From positions 595-64,594 of the forward strand of contig JAAWCE010000076.1 of assembly GCA_022793065.1 (NCBI GenBank): a stretch of DNA of 64,000 nt, read 5' to 3'. This document shows positions 28,521 to 38,083 of this stretch, in pieces (positions within the stretch are counted from its first letter, which is position 1; each line of letters opens with the position of its first letter). Under the pieces are notes generated by a model. The model saw nothing but the letters and a program-made list of their open reading frames with translations. It was not told the DNA's origin and searched no databases. The position numbers and the translations under genes are program-made. This DNA is from Lachnospiraceae bacterium. GTDB lineage: Bacteria > Bacillota > Clostridia > Lachnospirales > Lachnospiraceae.

Positions 28521-30077
28521 ATGAATATCTTGATATTGACTGGAAAATTTGGCATGGGCCATTGGAGTGCCTCTCAGTCGCTTAGACAACAGTTGCTGCA
28601 CAATTTTCCTGATGCAAGGGTGGAAGTGGAGGATTTTCTGTCGTATGCGGCACCAAATCTGGCTGATACCATGTATAAAGGCTTTAATATGGTGGTTACT
28701 TATGGCAGTCAACTGTTTAACATATATTATAAATTAACTTCCATGGGACATCCGGATGCCCGTCCGCCCTTTGAAGGGGTGTTGCTGGATAAACTGGCGG
28801 AGCTGCTTCATCAGTACCAGCCTGACGCTGTGATTGCAACCCATCCCTTGTGTGCGCAGTTGGTATCACGGCTGAAAGAACAGGCCGGGAACAAGGGGGC
28901 TTATGGGTTGGATTTGCCGTTGATTACCTGTGTTACGGATGTAAGTTCTCATCCGGAGTGGATTAATCAGAATACGGATTGCTACCTGGTTGCCAGTAGA
29001 GAAGTCCGTCAGGAATTGGCGGCGAAGGGAGTGGACCCGGCGCTGATTTGTGTCACTGGTATTCCGGTGCGGGAAGAATTCCGTTTTTTGGACAGGTCGG
29101 ATGATGGGACGGACATGGGAAGAGAATCCATGGTGTATTATAAAATGGGAGAAGACGAGACGCTTTCATTGGAATGTTATGGCCGAAAAGATAGGGAAAC
29201 TAATTATGGTTCCATGGAACAGAGGGAGGCGGACAGTACCAAAATCAGGGAAACGCTTTCTTTTGAAAGATATGAAGTAAAGAGTGGGAAAGAAAATCAG
29301 AGTATCTTATCTGAAGAGTACGCAATTGCGGAATCCGGCAGAAGTCTGCAGCCGGGACAATGGAGCGCAACAGGCAGAACCATGGGAAAAAGTACCTTTG
29401 GAAGCGGGTGCAAGCTGGAAAAAGCAGACGGTGCACAAGGTAAATTTCATGGTTTCTCCGGTGGGAAGGATATGGATGAGAAGAGTTTGGCTTCATTTCG
29501 TTTTCAGATGGCGGATGTACAGGGGAGAAGCATCAACCGGACAAGGGATCAGAAAACGAAACGGAGGAAGGAAGTATTGATTATGGGCGGAGGATTGGGA
29601 CTTTTGCCAAAGTCTGAGGACTTTTATGAATCGCTCAATCAGATTCCGGATGTGCATGTGACGATTATTACCGGCCATAACCAAAAGTTGTGTAAACGTC
29701 TTCAGGGGCGTTGGGAAAATATTCAGGTCATCGGGTACACCAATCAGGTGTGGGAGTATATGTGGCGGGCGGATTTGATTGTGACAAAACCCGGCGGAAT
29801 CACATTGTTTGAGACTATTTTTGCACGGGTTCCGATTCTGACCTGGCCGCCTACGCTGCAGCAGGAGAAGGGCAATGCCAGGTGGCTTACGGAGGAAGGA
29901 ATCGGCTGGGTGGCCGGCAAAAAGAATTGTGCGGATGAAATTCGGGAAATTTTGTCAGATGAAGGCCGTTTGGCAGGCGCTCGTTATCGGATGGATAGAC
30001 TGAGGGAACAGATGCGGGCGGAGAGTATTAACGGGGTGATGGAAGTCATTGCTAAAAGTCAGGGGGTAGCAGTATGA
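28521..30077 (+). CDS. MGDG-synthase / UgtP-like diacylglycerol glycosyltransferase (GT28, GT-B fold) with a large inter-domain insertion
   Basis: The N-domain reads MNILILTGKFGMGHWSASQSL. The C-domain reads LIMGGGLG ... TKPGGITLFE. About 160 aa of hydrophilic sequence lies between the two halves. Confidence 0.75.
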   Translation: MNILILTGKFGMGHWSASQSLRQQLLHNFPDARVEVEDFLSYAAPNLADTMYKGFNMVVTYGSQLFNIYYKLTSMGHPDARPPFEGVLLDKLAELLHQYQPDAVIATHPLCAQLVSRLKEQAGNKGAYGLDLPLITCVTDVSSHPEWINQNTDCYLVASREVRQELAAKGVDPALICVTGIPVREEFRFLDRSDDGTDMGRESMVYYKMGEDETLSLECYGRKDRETNYGSMEQREADSTKIRETLSFERYEVKSGKENQSILSEEYAIAESGRSLQPGQWSATGRTMGKSTFGSGCKLEKADGAQGKFHGFSGGKDMDEKSLASFRFQMADVQGRSINRTRDQKTKRRKEVLIMGGGLGLLPKSEDFYESLNQIPDVHVTIITGHNQKLCKRLQGRWENIQVIGYTNQVWEYMWRADLIVTKPGGITLFETIFARVPILTWPPTLQQEKGNARWLTEEGIGWVAGKKNCADEIREILSDEGRLAGARYRMDRLREQMRAESINGVMEVIAKSQGVAV

Positions 30078-31195
30078 TACATGGGAAAAAGAATTGGCTG
30101 GGATTGTTGCTGATGGTTGTTGTTATGGGAGTTACGGGGGCAGTGCTGCTGAAGGGGCAGCCGGTAGGTCTGATGGTAGCCAGTATGAAGCATTTGAAGC
30201 CTCAGTATTTGCTGTTGGGACTTTTGTGTATGTTGGGGTTTGTAGGATGCGAGGCTTTGTGCAGTTACCAGATATTGGGCAGACTGGGACATAAGGTATC
30301 TTATCGTCGTTGTATGGGATATTCTTTTGTTGGGTTTTATGTAAGTTCCATTACCCCTTCCGCTACGGGAGGGCAGCCGGCGCAGATTTATTATATGAGC
30401 AAAGACCAGATTCCGGCGGCCCATGGGGCGCTGAATATGATGTTGATTGCATCCTGTTATCAGGTTGCTACGCTGTTGTGGGGAGGCGGAATCTGGTTTG
30501 GAGTTCCGGCAGTTCGTGAACAGATGGACGGCGGATTGGGGCTTTTGCTTCTGTATGGTGCGGGCATGATGGTGATTCTTACGGTTGGCATGGTAATGGT
30601 GATGTTTTTGCCCAATCCCACCCGCCGGATTTGTGAGGGTGTTTTGTCCCTTCTCACAAAAACACATATTCTTCGGAATCCGGAATCTGCCCGTCAGAAG
30701 TTAGAGCACCAGCTTTCCGAGTATGCAAGAGGAGCTGACTGCGTAAAACACAATCCGGGTTTGGTACTGCGTGTACTGGCGCTTTGTCTGATTCAGCTAG
30801 GATTGTCTTTTTCGGTGCCCTGGGCAGTGTATTTGGCGTTTGGGTTAAAGGGACAAAGCTGGATTCAGGTAGCAGGAGTTCAGGCGCTTCTGACATTGGC
30901 GGTATGTAATTTGCCTCTGCCCGGTGCGGTTGGCGCTGCAGAAGGCGGATTTGTCTCCGCATATGCGTCCATATTCGGCACAGGTATCGTAACTTCGGCC
31001 ATGCTGATTTCCAGAGGGATCAGTTTTTACTCTTTCCTTCTTGTGAGTTTTATTGTGTCTATTTTGGTGCAGTTGCGTACAAGCCGCCAGGCCAGGGAAC
31101 GGGCGTTGGAGGAAATGGCCGCCAATCAGACGGGGACCAGGGTAAAGGCCGTGCGCAAATATTTGAATGCAAGGGCGGAAGGGGAAACCGTATAA
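30074..31195 (+). CDS. flippase-like / lysylphosphatidylglycerol-synthase TM-region family membrane protein
   Basis: This is an 8-TM protein with PSATGGQPAQIYYM and LPGAVGAAEGGF motifs. Its start overlaps the upstream stop (ATGA). Confidence 0.7.
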   Translation: MIHGKKNWLGLLLMVVVMGVTGAVLLKGQPVGLMVASMKHLKPQYLLLGLLCMLGFVGCEALCSYQILGRLGHKVSYRRCMGYSFVGFYVSSITPSATGGQPAQIYYMSKDQIPAAHGALNMMLIASCYQVATLLWGGGIWFGVPAVREQMDGGLGLLLLYGAGMMVILTVGMVMVMFLPNPTRRICEGVLSLLTKTHILRNPESARQKLEHQLSEYARGADCVKHNPGLVLRVLALCLIQLGLSFSVPWAVYLAFGLKGQSWIQVAGVQALLTLAVCNLPLPGAVGAAEGGFVSAYASIFGTGIVTSAMLISRGISFYSFLLVSFIVSILVQLRTSRQARERALEEMAANQTGTRVKAVRKYLNARAEGETV

Positions 31196-31295
31196 GTGTT
31201 AAAATTTTCCGCCCATTTCTTTTTCTTTTTGTTTTACCAGAAATGTTTTTGATCAATCTTTCGCTTTCATGACATGCATGAAGACCTCCCTGTAT

Positions 31296-31352
31296 TAAAA
31301 TAAAAAAGAACCGCCAGCAATAAACACATTTGTGTATCTGCTTGCGGTTCTT
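31296..31352 (-). terminator. reverse-strand intrinsic terminator with no annotated reverse-strand gene upstream
   Basis: A 13-bp stem with one mismatch (AAGAACCGCcAGC / GCTtGCGGTTCTT) is followed on the minus strand by TTTTTTATTTT. Confidence 0.6.
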
Positions 31353-31520
31353 ATGCTACGCTGATGTCCGCATAACCAAATAAGACTTTCTGCCGAAAAA
31401 GTTGTAATTTTATCTTATAAGCCATAACTATCTGTTTTCATGTTTTCGGATTTGTGGTACAATGTTGACACAAAAGAACATGTTTTGGTTCTGAAGAACC
31501 GGATACTGGGAGGAACAGCA

Positions 31521-32786
31521 ATGAATGAAACAGGGATACCATTTGATAATCACGACGGACGTATTCAATATTATGAACTGTTGCTTGAGCGTGATTTGGA
31601 GAACTTACCATCTATTGCGCTTCCTGAGGGCTACAAATTTGTCTTTTATCAGCCAGGGGATCGGGATGCGTGGATTGAGATTGAAAAATCCGCAAAAGAA
31701 TTTATAAGTAATGCACAAGGAATGCCGGTATGGAATTTATACTATGGGAAAAAGGAAGAGACGCTTCCAAAACGAATGGTTTTCGTTGAAAATGCACAGG
31801 GGATAAAGGTGGCCACGGCCACTGCTTATTATGATATAAAGGGCCGTGATAAGTCGGGGGCCGGATGGCTGCACTGGGTTGCGGTCCGCAGAGAATATCA
31901 GGGGAAAGGATTGTCAAAACCCTTGATAACATATGTGTTGAGCGTTATGCGGGAGCTGGGGTATACACATGCAAAGATTCCCACACAGACTACAACATGG
32001 CTTGCCTGTAAGATTTATCTTGATTTGGGTTTTAGGCCCTTAACCCAAAATGCCGTTCACAGTAAAAAGGGGTGGGAAATTATTAAGGCGCTTACAAATC
32101 ATACTTCTCTTTCAGATGTTCAGGCTGCGTCTGTTGAGGATATTATAATGGATTGGGTATGGCTGCATCGTAAAAATGAAAAAGAAAGTGAATTAATCAG
32201 TGAAATCACTTTGGGGACATATCCTCAAACCCACATGGAAGAAAAAGAACCTATAGAATGGATTGTATTAAAAAAAGAAAAGAATCGCTGTCTTTGTGTG
32301 AGTAAATATTTGCTGGATTGCAGACAATACCATGATGTTTTGGAAAAAGTTACCTGGTCCAAATGCACTTTGCGGAAATGGCTGAATGAGGAGTTTTTGT
32401 CTACGGCTTTTACGTCAAAGGAACGGGAGCGGATTCTGCTGTCCGATATCAAAAATCCCATGGAAGACACACAGGATTATCTCTTTCTCTTGAGCTGCCA
32501 CGAGGCAGAGACGTTTTTTGAACAGGGAAATGCCTTGTATGAGGAACAGGGAACGGCTACAACAAATTATGCAAGGCTGCGGGGAGCATGGTTTGTGGAT
32601 GAGAGTGAAGAGAAAGAATATTTAAACCATGGCACTTGGTGGCTGCGATATTATGATTTGGATGAGGAAGAAAAATACGAATATAACAGCGCTGTTAATT
32701 TTGACGGGTATATAGAACGGGGAGCGGAAGATGTAACTGGGACAGATTGCTGTGTCCGTCCGGCGTTTTGGCTGAAAACGGACTGA
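31521..32786 (+). CDS. GNAT N-acetyltransferase fused to a C-terminal domain of unknown function (DUF6273-like, recalled)
   Basis: The acetyl-CoA motif is WVAVRREYQGKGLSKPLI. The C-terminal half reads ITLGTYPQ ... EPIEWIVLKK ... WSKCTLRKWLNEEF. The start ATG at 31521 follows GGGAGG. Confidence 0.65.
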   Translation: MNETGIPFDNHDGRIQYYELLLERDLENLPSIALPEGYKFVFYQPGDRDAWIEIEKSAKEFISNAQGMPVWNLYYGKKEETLPKRMVFVENAQGIKVATATAYYDIKGRDKSGAGWLHWVAVRREYQGKGLSKPLITYVLSVMRELGYTHAKIPTQTTTWLACKIYLDLGFRPLTQNAVHSKKGWEIIKALTNHTSLSDVQAASVEDIIMDWVWLHRKNEKESELISEITLGTYPQTHMEEKEPIEWIVLKKEKNRCLCVSKYLLDCRQYHDVLEKVTWSKCTLRKWLNEEFLSTAFTSKERERILLSDIKNPMEDTQDYLFLLSCHEAETFFEQGNALYEEQGTATTNYARLRGAWFVDESEEKEYLNHGTWWLRYYDLDEEEKYEYNSAVNFDGYIERGAEDVTGTDCCVRPAFWLKTD

Positions 32787-32953
32787 GGGATATTTATAGG
32801 AGGGCGGATGCAAGCGGAAAGAATAATTATGAACTGCCGGAATTTTATTGTACGGATGAAGGGAAGGGAAGCGGACCTTTTATAATGGCATATTCGGAGA
32901 TGCTATATTTATGATTGAGCGGACGCCTGTCACAGGGCGGAGGGGAGTGAAAT

Positions 32954-34291
32954 GTGAAGAAAGATATGACAACGGGGAGCATTACGCTCCCCTTAGTGGC
33001 TTTTACAATACCTTTGGTATTGGGAAATTTATTTCAGCTCACCTATAATGCAGTGGATTCTGTCATTGTGGGGAAATGTGTGGGGGATGAGGCGCTGGCG
33101 GCGGTTGGGACCTCCGCTCCCATTATGAATATTGCGCTGTTGTTCATCAGCGGACTGTGCATGGGAGCAAGTATTCTTATGAGTTCCCAGTATGGGGCAA
33201 AGGAATATGAATTGCTGTCCCGTCAGGTCAGCACTACATTCCTGTCAGGATGTGGTTTTTCTCTTTTTTTCTCTCTTTTAACAATGGTTTTGGCTACGCC
33301 GCTGCTTCGGCTGATCCAGGTTCCGGAAGAAATTATTGGGCAGGCGGGGGGATATCTTCGCATTATTTTTATGGGACTGATCTTTACTTTTATTTACAAT
33401 TTTCTGGCAAATACGCTGCGTGCCCTGGGAGACAGTAAGACTCCGCTGTATTTTCTGATGATGAGCGCGGTGCTGAATGTTTTGGGAGATTTGCTGTTGG
33501 TAGTGGTATTTCGGCTGGGAGTAAGGGGAAGTGCGGTGTCCACGGTGATCAGTGAAGCGTTTAGCTGCTTTCTGTGTATTGTGTACATTAAGAAGAAAAT
33601 ACCGCTTTTGAATCTGGGGCGGAAGTGGTTGGTGTTTGATAAGAAACTTCTTGGCAAGACGATCAGTTACGGCAGTACCAGCGCAATGCAGCAAGTTTGT
33701 CTGCAGGTGGGGAAGACGGTGATACAGGCCATGGTGAACACCCAGGGGGTAAGCGTCATGGCCGCCTTTACTGCAGTAAACAAGGTGGATGATTTTGCAT
33801 ATACGCCGCAGCAAAATATTGGTCATGCAATGACCACCTTTATTGCGCAGAACAAAGGGGCGGGACATAGGGAAAGGATACGAAAGGGATTTCAAAGCGG
33901 ACTTTTTATTGAAGCTGCATATACTATAATTATCTGCGCCGTTATTTTTCTGGGAGCACCTGTGATTATGGGACTGTTTACGGACGGCCAGGATGTGGAA
34001 GTGCTGGATTTGGGTGTCTCTTATCTAAAATCCATTGCGTTTATGTATTTTCTGCCGGCTTTTACAAATGGAATTCAGGGATTTTTCAGAGGTATGGGGG
34101 ACTTGAAAGTGACACTTTACAGTACATTCATGAACATGCTGGGCAGAGTGGCGGCAGTGTTTTTGATGCTTATGATATTTTCCATGGGATTTGCAAGTCT
34201 GTCGTGGGCAAATTTGGTGGGGTGGATTGTAATGTTAGCGTTTGAGGTGCCGTTATTATGGAAGCAGTTGAAAGTGGTGACGAAGGGGTAA
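32954..34291 (+). CDS. MATE family efflux transporter
   Basis: The protein has 12 TM segments, and the N-terminus PLVLGNLFQLTYNAVDSVIVG is typical of MATE/NorM. The start is GTG. Confidence 0.85.
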   Translation: MKKDMTTGSITLPLVAFTIPLVLGNLFQLTYNAVDSVIVGKCVGDEALAAVGTSAPIMNIALLFISGLCMGASILMSSQYGAKEYELLSRQVSTTFLSGCGFSLFFSLLTMVLATPLLRLIQVPEEIIGQAGGYLRIIFMGLIFTFIYNFLANTLRALGDSKTPLYFLMMSAVLNVLGDLLLVVVFRLGVRGSAVSTVISEAFSCFLCIVYIKKKIPLLNLGRKWLVFDKKLLGKTISYGSTSAMQQVCLQVGKTVIQAMVNTQGVSVMAAFTAVNKVDDFAYTPQQNIGHAMTTFIAQNKGAGHRERIRKGFQSGLFIEAAYTIIICAVIFLGAPVIMGLFTDGQDVEVLDLGVSYLKSIAFMYFLPAFTNGIQGFFRGMGDLKVTLYSTFMNMLGRVAAVFLMLMIFSMGFASLSWANLVGWIVMLAFEVPLLWKQLKVVTKG

Positions 34292-34428
34292 AATAATATT
34301 ACAGATCAGGAAATGGGAAAAGGAATTGGTCCGAGCGTTACTTGTAATCAGCGTTGGTTTGTGGTAGACTGAAATGGATGTGTTACAACGTGAGAAGGTT
34401 TGTGACAAAGCGGGGACGGGAGGTTTGG

Positions 34429-35709
34429 ATGGCGGAAAAAATCAGGGAAAGGCTGGAGGGGAAGGAATTAAAGCTCTTTTGTATTTTTTCCATAGTATTG
34501 CTGTTGACAGCCGGGATGATTGGCAGCAGATGGGAGGATTTGGGGAAATGGTCGATTATCCGTGGTCTGTGGACAATTGTGGTGTCCAGAGATGCGCTGA
34601 TTACCGATTATTTTGAATTGGCGGGGTATGGGGCCTCGTTTATCAATTCTATGTTCGTGATGGCAATAGGGTTTGTATTGTTATGTATCAAAAGGGTAAA
34701 GTTTACCGGACTGACTATGGCTGCCTTTTTTATTAATATGGGGTATGCTCTGTGGGGTAAGAATCCTTTGAATATTTTGCCTATATTGCTGGGCACGCTT
34801 TTATATGCAAGGCTACATAGGGTACAATTAAGCAGTTGTATTTATACTGCGCTGTTTGGTACTTGCCTTGCGCCGTTGGTGACGGAGCTGATTTTTATAC
34901 TGCCTTTCGGAAAGGTGGTTAATATGCTTTTTGCTGTGGCCGTGGGGCTGATGATAGGATATTTTCTTCCCGTTTTTTCCATTCATACAGCTACCATGCA
35001 CAAAGGGTATAATCTTTTTAACGTGGGATTTTCAGCGGGAGTCATTGCCTTTGTGCTGGTATGCGTTTTGAAGGCGGTGGGACTGGAAAGCGGCTCTGTG
35101 CTCATCTGGCGCGCCGAGAGTCCCCTTTGGATTGTATTGGGTCTGTTTGGTTATTTTGGCTTGACATTTCTATATGGACTGTTTTTAAACAGAGGAGATT
35201 TGAAGGGCTTGCTCAATATATGCCGTCATTCCGGTAAGGCTTCCGCAGATTTTGTGCTGCTGGAGGGTGTTGGCACCACACTGATGAATATGGGGCTGGT
35301 GGGGATTGTCTGTTCCGTGTATATCTGTTTCATTGGAGGGGATTTTTCCGGACCTGTAGTGGGGGCAATTTTGGCGGCGTTTGGCTTTGCAGCGTTTGGC
35401 GCCCATATTAAGAATTATCTTCCTGTGCTGGCGGGGGTGTTTTTGTCAACATTGCTGAATCAGTTTCAGCCCACCACACCCAGTATGCAGCTTGCAGCAA
35501 TTTTTGTGGTAGGGCTGGCGCCCATTGCCGGAAAGTTTGGTGTGATTCCCGGAATCATTGCAGGATTGTTACATTCGGCCATAGTTACATGTACCACGGA
35601 AATGTATGGGGGGCTGAATCTGTATAATAATGGCTTTAGCGCCGGATGGGTGGCAATTTTGATGGTGCCGGGGCTGGAAGGTCGTAAAAAGAGGGAAAAA
35701 AATATATAG
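34429..35709 (+). CDS. polytopic membrane protein of unknown function (DUF1576-like, recalled)
   Basis: The protein has more than 10 TM segments and repeated GFSAG motifs ([16 protein letters not shown]). The start ATG at 34429 follows GGGAGG. Confidence 0.45.
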   Translation: MAEKIRERLEGKELKLFCIFSIVLLLTAGMIGSRWEDLGKWSIIRGLWTIVVSRDALITDYFELAGYGASFINSMFVMAIGFVLLCIKRVKFTGLTMAAFFINMGYALWGKNPLNILPILLGTLLYARLHRVQLSSCIYTALFGTCLAPLVTELIFILPFGKVVNMLFAVAVGLMIGYFLPVFSIHTATMHKGYNLFNVGFSAGVIAFVLVCVLKAVGLESGSVLIWRAESPLWIVLGLFGYFGLTFLYGLFLNRGDLKGLLNICRHSGKASADFVLLEGVGTTLMNMGLVGIVCSVYICFIGGDFSGPVVGAILAAFGFAAFGAHIKNYLPVLAGVFLSTLLNQFQPTTPSMQLAAIFVVGLAPIAGKFGVIPGIIAGLLHSAIVTCTTEMYGGLNLYNNGFSAGWVAILMVPGLEGRKKREKNI

Positions 35710-35741
35710 GAATATGCCGCAAGCGGCGGGAGGAGGAAAAG

Positions 35742-37175
35742 ATGGCAGAGAAAAAAATGGTAGAGGAAATCACTTCAATGGAAGTGGATTTTGCGCAATG
35801 GTACACGGATGTGGTGAAAAAAGCGGAGCTGATTGATTATACTTCCGTAAAAGGCTGTATGGTAATCAAACCGGCGGGCTACGCAATATGGGAATTGATT
35901 CAGAAGCAGTTGGACGCCAGGTTTAAGGAGACTGGGGTGGAAAATGTATATCTTCCTATGTTCATTCCGGAATCTTTGCTTCAGAAAGAGAAAGATCATG
36001 TGGAGGGGTTTGCGCCGGAAGTGGCGTGGGTAACCCATGGCGGTTTGCAGCCTTTGCAGGAAAGGCTGTGTGTGCGCCCTACCTCGGAGACGCTTTTTTG
36101 CGATTTTTATAAGAATGATATACAGTCCTACAGGGATTTGCCCAGAGTTTATAATCAATGGTGTTCGGTGGTGCGTTGGGAGAAGGAGACAAGACCTTTT
36201 CTGAGGTCCAGAGAATTTCTGTGGCAGGAAGGGCACACAGCACACGCAACCGCCCAGGAAGCACATGACAGGACAATACAGATGTTAAACATATATGCGG
36301 ATTTCTGCGAGGAAGTGCTTGCAATACCGGTTATAAGAGGGCAGAAGACAGAAAAGGAGAAGTTTGCGGGGGCGCTGGCAACTTATGCCATTGAAGCGCT
36401 GATGCATGACGGCAAGGCATTGCAGGCGGGAACCAGCCATAATTTCGGGGATGGATTTGCAAAAGCTTTTGACGTGCAGTTTACGGACAAGGATAATAAA
36501 TTGAAATATGTACATCAAACCTCCTGGGGAATGACCACACGTCTGATTGGAGCAATGATTATGGTGCATGGAGATAATGAGGGGCTGGTACTTCCTCCCA
36601 AAGTGGCGCCCATACAGATTTGCATTGTGCCCATTCAGCAGAAGAAGGCCGGAGTACTGGATAAGGCGTATGAGCTTCGGGACAGGCTTTCAGGGAAGTT
36701 CCGAGTAAAAGTGGACGATAGGGATAAGACGCCGGGATGGAAATTTGCCGAGGCGGAAATGCGTGGGTATCCTATCCGTGTGGAGATTGGCCCTAAGGAT
36801 TTGGAAGCGGGAAAATGTGTGATTTGCCGCAGGGACACCAGGGAAAAAATAGAAGTGCCTTTGGAGGAATTGGAGACAAAAGCTGAGGAAATTCTTGAGA
36901 CAATCCAGGGAGAAATGTTGGAAAGAGCCAGGGTGCACAGGGACGAGAATACCTATGCGGCAGCAAATATGGATGAATTTGAGAAGCTTTTCCAGGAGAA
37001 GTCAGGTTTTGTGAAAGCCATGTGGTGCGGTGACGAGGAATGTGAAGTGCAGATTAAGGAGAAACTAAGCGTGACTAGCCGTTGTATTCCTTTTGAACAG
37101 GAACAGGTTGCCGATACCTGTGTGTGCTGCAAAAAGCCGGCAAAGAAGATGGTATATTGGGGGAGGGCATATTAA
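35742..37175 (+). CDS. proS: proline--tRNA ligase (archaeal/eukaryote-like short form)
   Basis: The N-terminus reads [17 protein letters not shown]. Class II motifs include RPTSET and [10 protein letters not shown]. The C-terminus is a Zn-binding-like domain ending in YWGRAY. Confidence 0.9.
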   Translation: MAEKKMVEEITSMEVDFAQWYTDVVKKAELIDYTSVKGCMVIKPAGYAIWELIQKQLDARFKETGVENVYLPMFIPESLLQKEKDHVEGFAPEVAWVTHGGLQPLQERLCVRPTSETLFCDFYKNDIQSYRDLPRVYNQWCSVVRWEKETRPFLRSREFLWQEGHTAHATAQEAHDRTIQMLNIYADFCEEVLAIPVIRGQKTEKEKFAGALATYAIEALMHDGKALQAGTSHNFGDGFAKAFDVQFTDKDNKLKYVHQTSWGMTTRLIGAMIMVHGDNEGLVLPPKVAPIQICIVPIQQKKAGVLDKAYELRDRLSGKFRVKVDDRDKTPGWKFAEAEMRGYPIRVEIGPKDLEAGKCVICRRDTREKIEVPLEELETKAEEILETIQGEMLERARVHRDENTYAAANMDEFEKLFQEKSGFVKAMWCGDEECEVQIKEKLSVTSRCIPFEQEQVADTCVCCKKPAKKMVYWGRAY

Positions 37176-37178
37176 ATC

Positions 37179-38006
37179 ATGTTAAATTTAACTTTTCCGA
37201 TTCAGGTGGAGGGTTCTCTGCCGGAAACAAAATTAATTACTTATATACAAGATTATTATGAAGAAGTTGCCATTGATACCAGGCCCCTTGTATTGATCTG
37301 TCCGGGGGGAGGATATGTAGGGACCTCCAACAGGGAAGGGGAGGCTCTGGCCATGCAGTTCCTTGCCATGGGATATCATGCCGCAGTGCTGAAATATTCC
37401 TGTGCGCCGGCGGTATATCCTACGGCGCTGACGGAATTGGCCGCAAGTATGCTGCTGATACGTCAGAATGTAAAGGAATGGCATGTAAATCCTGACCAGA
37501 TTATTGTGCTGGGCTGTTCTGCAGGAGGACATCTGGCGGCTTCCCTTGGAGTGTTCTGGGAGGAAGCATTTCTGGCGGAAGCATTGAATATAAAGAGTTC
37601 GGAACTTAAACTGCTTCGTCCGGACGGAATGATTTTATGTTATCCTGTAATCACTTCCGGTGAGTTTGCCCATAGAGGATCTTTCCAAAATTTGCTGCAA
37701 GACAGAGAGGAAGAGTTGTCGGAGAAAATGTCTCTGGAACTTCAGGTTAGCCCAAAGACGCCGCCCACATTTATCTGGCATACTTACACGGACGGGGCCG
37801 TGCCGGTGGAAAATTCGTTGCTTTTTGTCAGCGCATTGCGCAAGGCGGGAGTTTCGGTGGAATTTCATATGTACCCAGAAGGGGGACATGGTCTTTCCCT
37901 TGCCAATCGGCTTACATGTAACAGAGGGGGAGATGCAGTACAAGAAGAATGTACTTCATGGATTTCTCTGGTTCATACCTGGATGGAACACAGATTTGTG
38001 AAATAA
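37179..38006 (+). CDS. alpha/beta hydrolase (esterase, hormone-sensitive-lipase/acetyl-esterase-like)
   Basis: The oxyanion motif is CPGGGY and the nucleophile elbow is GCSAGGHLA. A C-terminal GGHG is also present. Confidence 0.75.
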   Translation: MLNLTFPIQVEGSLPETKLITYIQDYYEEVAIDTRPLVLICPGGGYVGTSNREGEALAMQFLAMGYHAAVLKYSCAPAVYPTALTELAASMLLIRQNVKEWHVNPDQIIVLGCSAGGHLAASLGVFWEEAFLAEALNIKSSELKLLRPDGMILCYPVITSGEFAHRGSFQNLLQDREEELSEKMSLELQVSPKTPPTFIWHTYTDGAVPVENSLLFVSALRKAGVSVEFHMYPEGGHGLSLANRLTCNRGGDAVQEECTSWISLVHTWMEHRFVK

Positions 38007-38083
38007 ACCTTCTGGCGAAAGCGTGTTCGGATGATTACAGTTTGGCCATAGCAGAAATTGCAGGGGCGGCTGAAAGGATTTTT

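Noticed and set aside
32787-32953. Possible riboswitch (guanidine/ykkC-type) or 18-codon uORF upstream of the MATE transporter
   Set aside because: I could not match the conserved ykkC core sequences. The small ORF lacks a convincing RBS. Only one weak hairpin is present (CGCCTG..CAGGGCG).
35710-35741. T-box leader upstream of proS
   Set aside because: Only 32 nt separate proS from the upstream gene, which is far too short for a T-box. proS is probably co-transcribed with the upstream gene.
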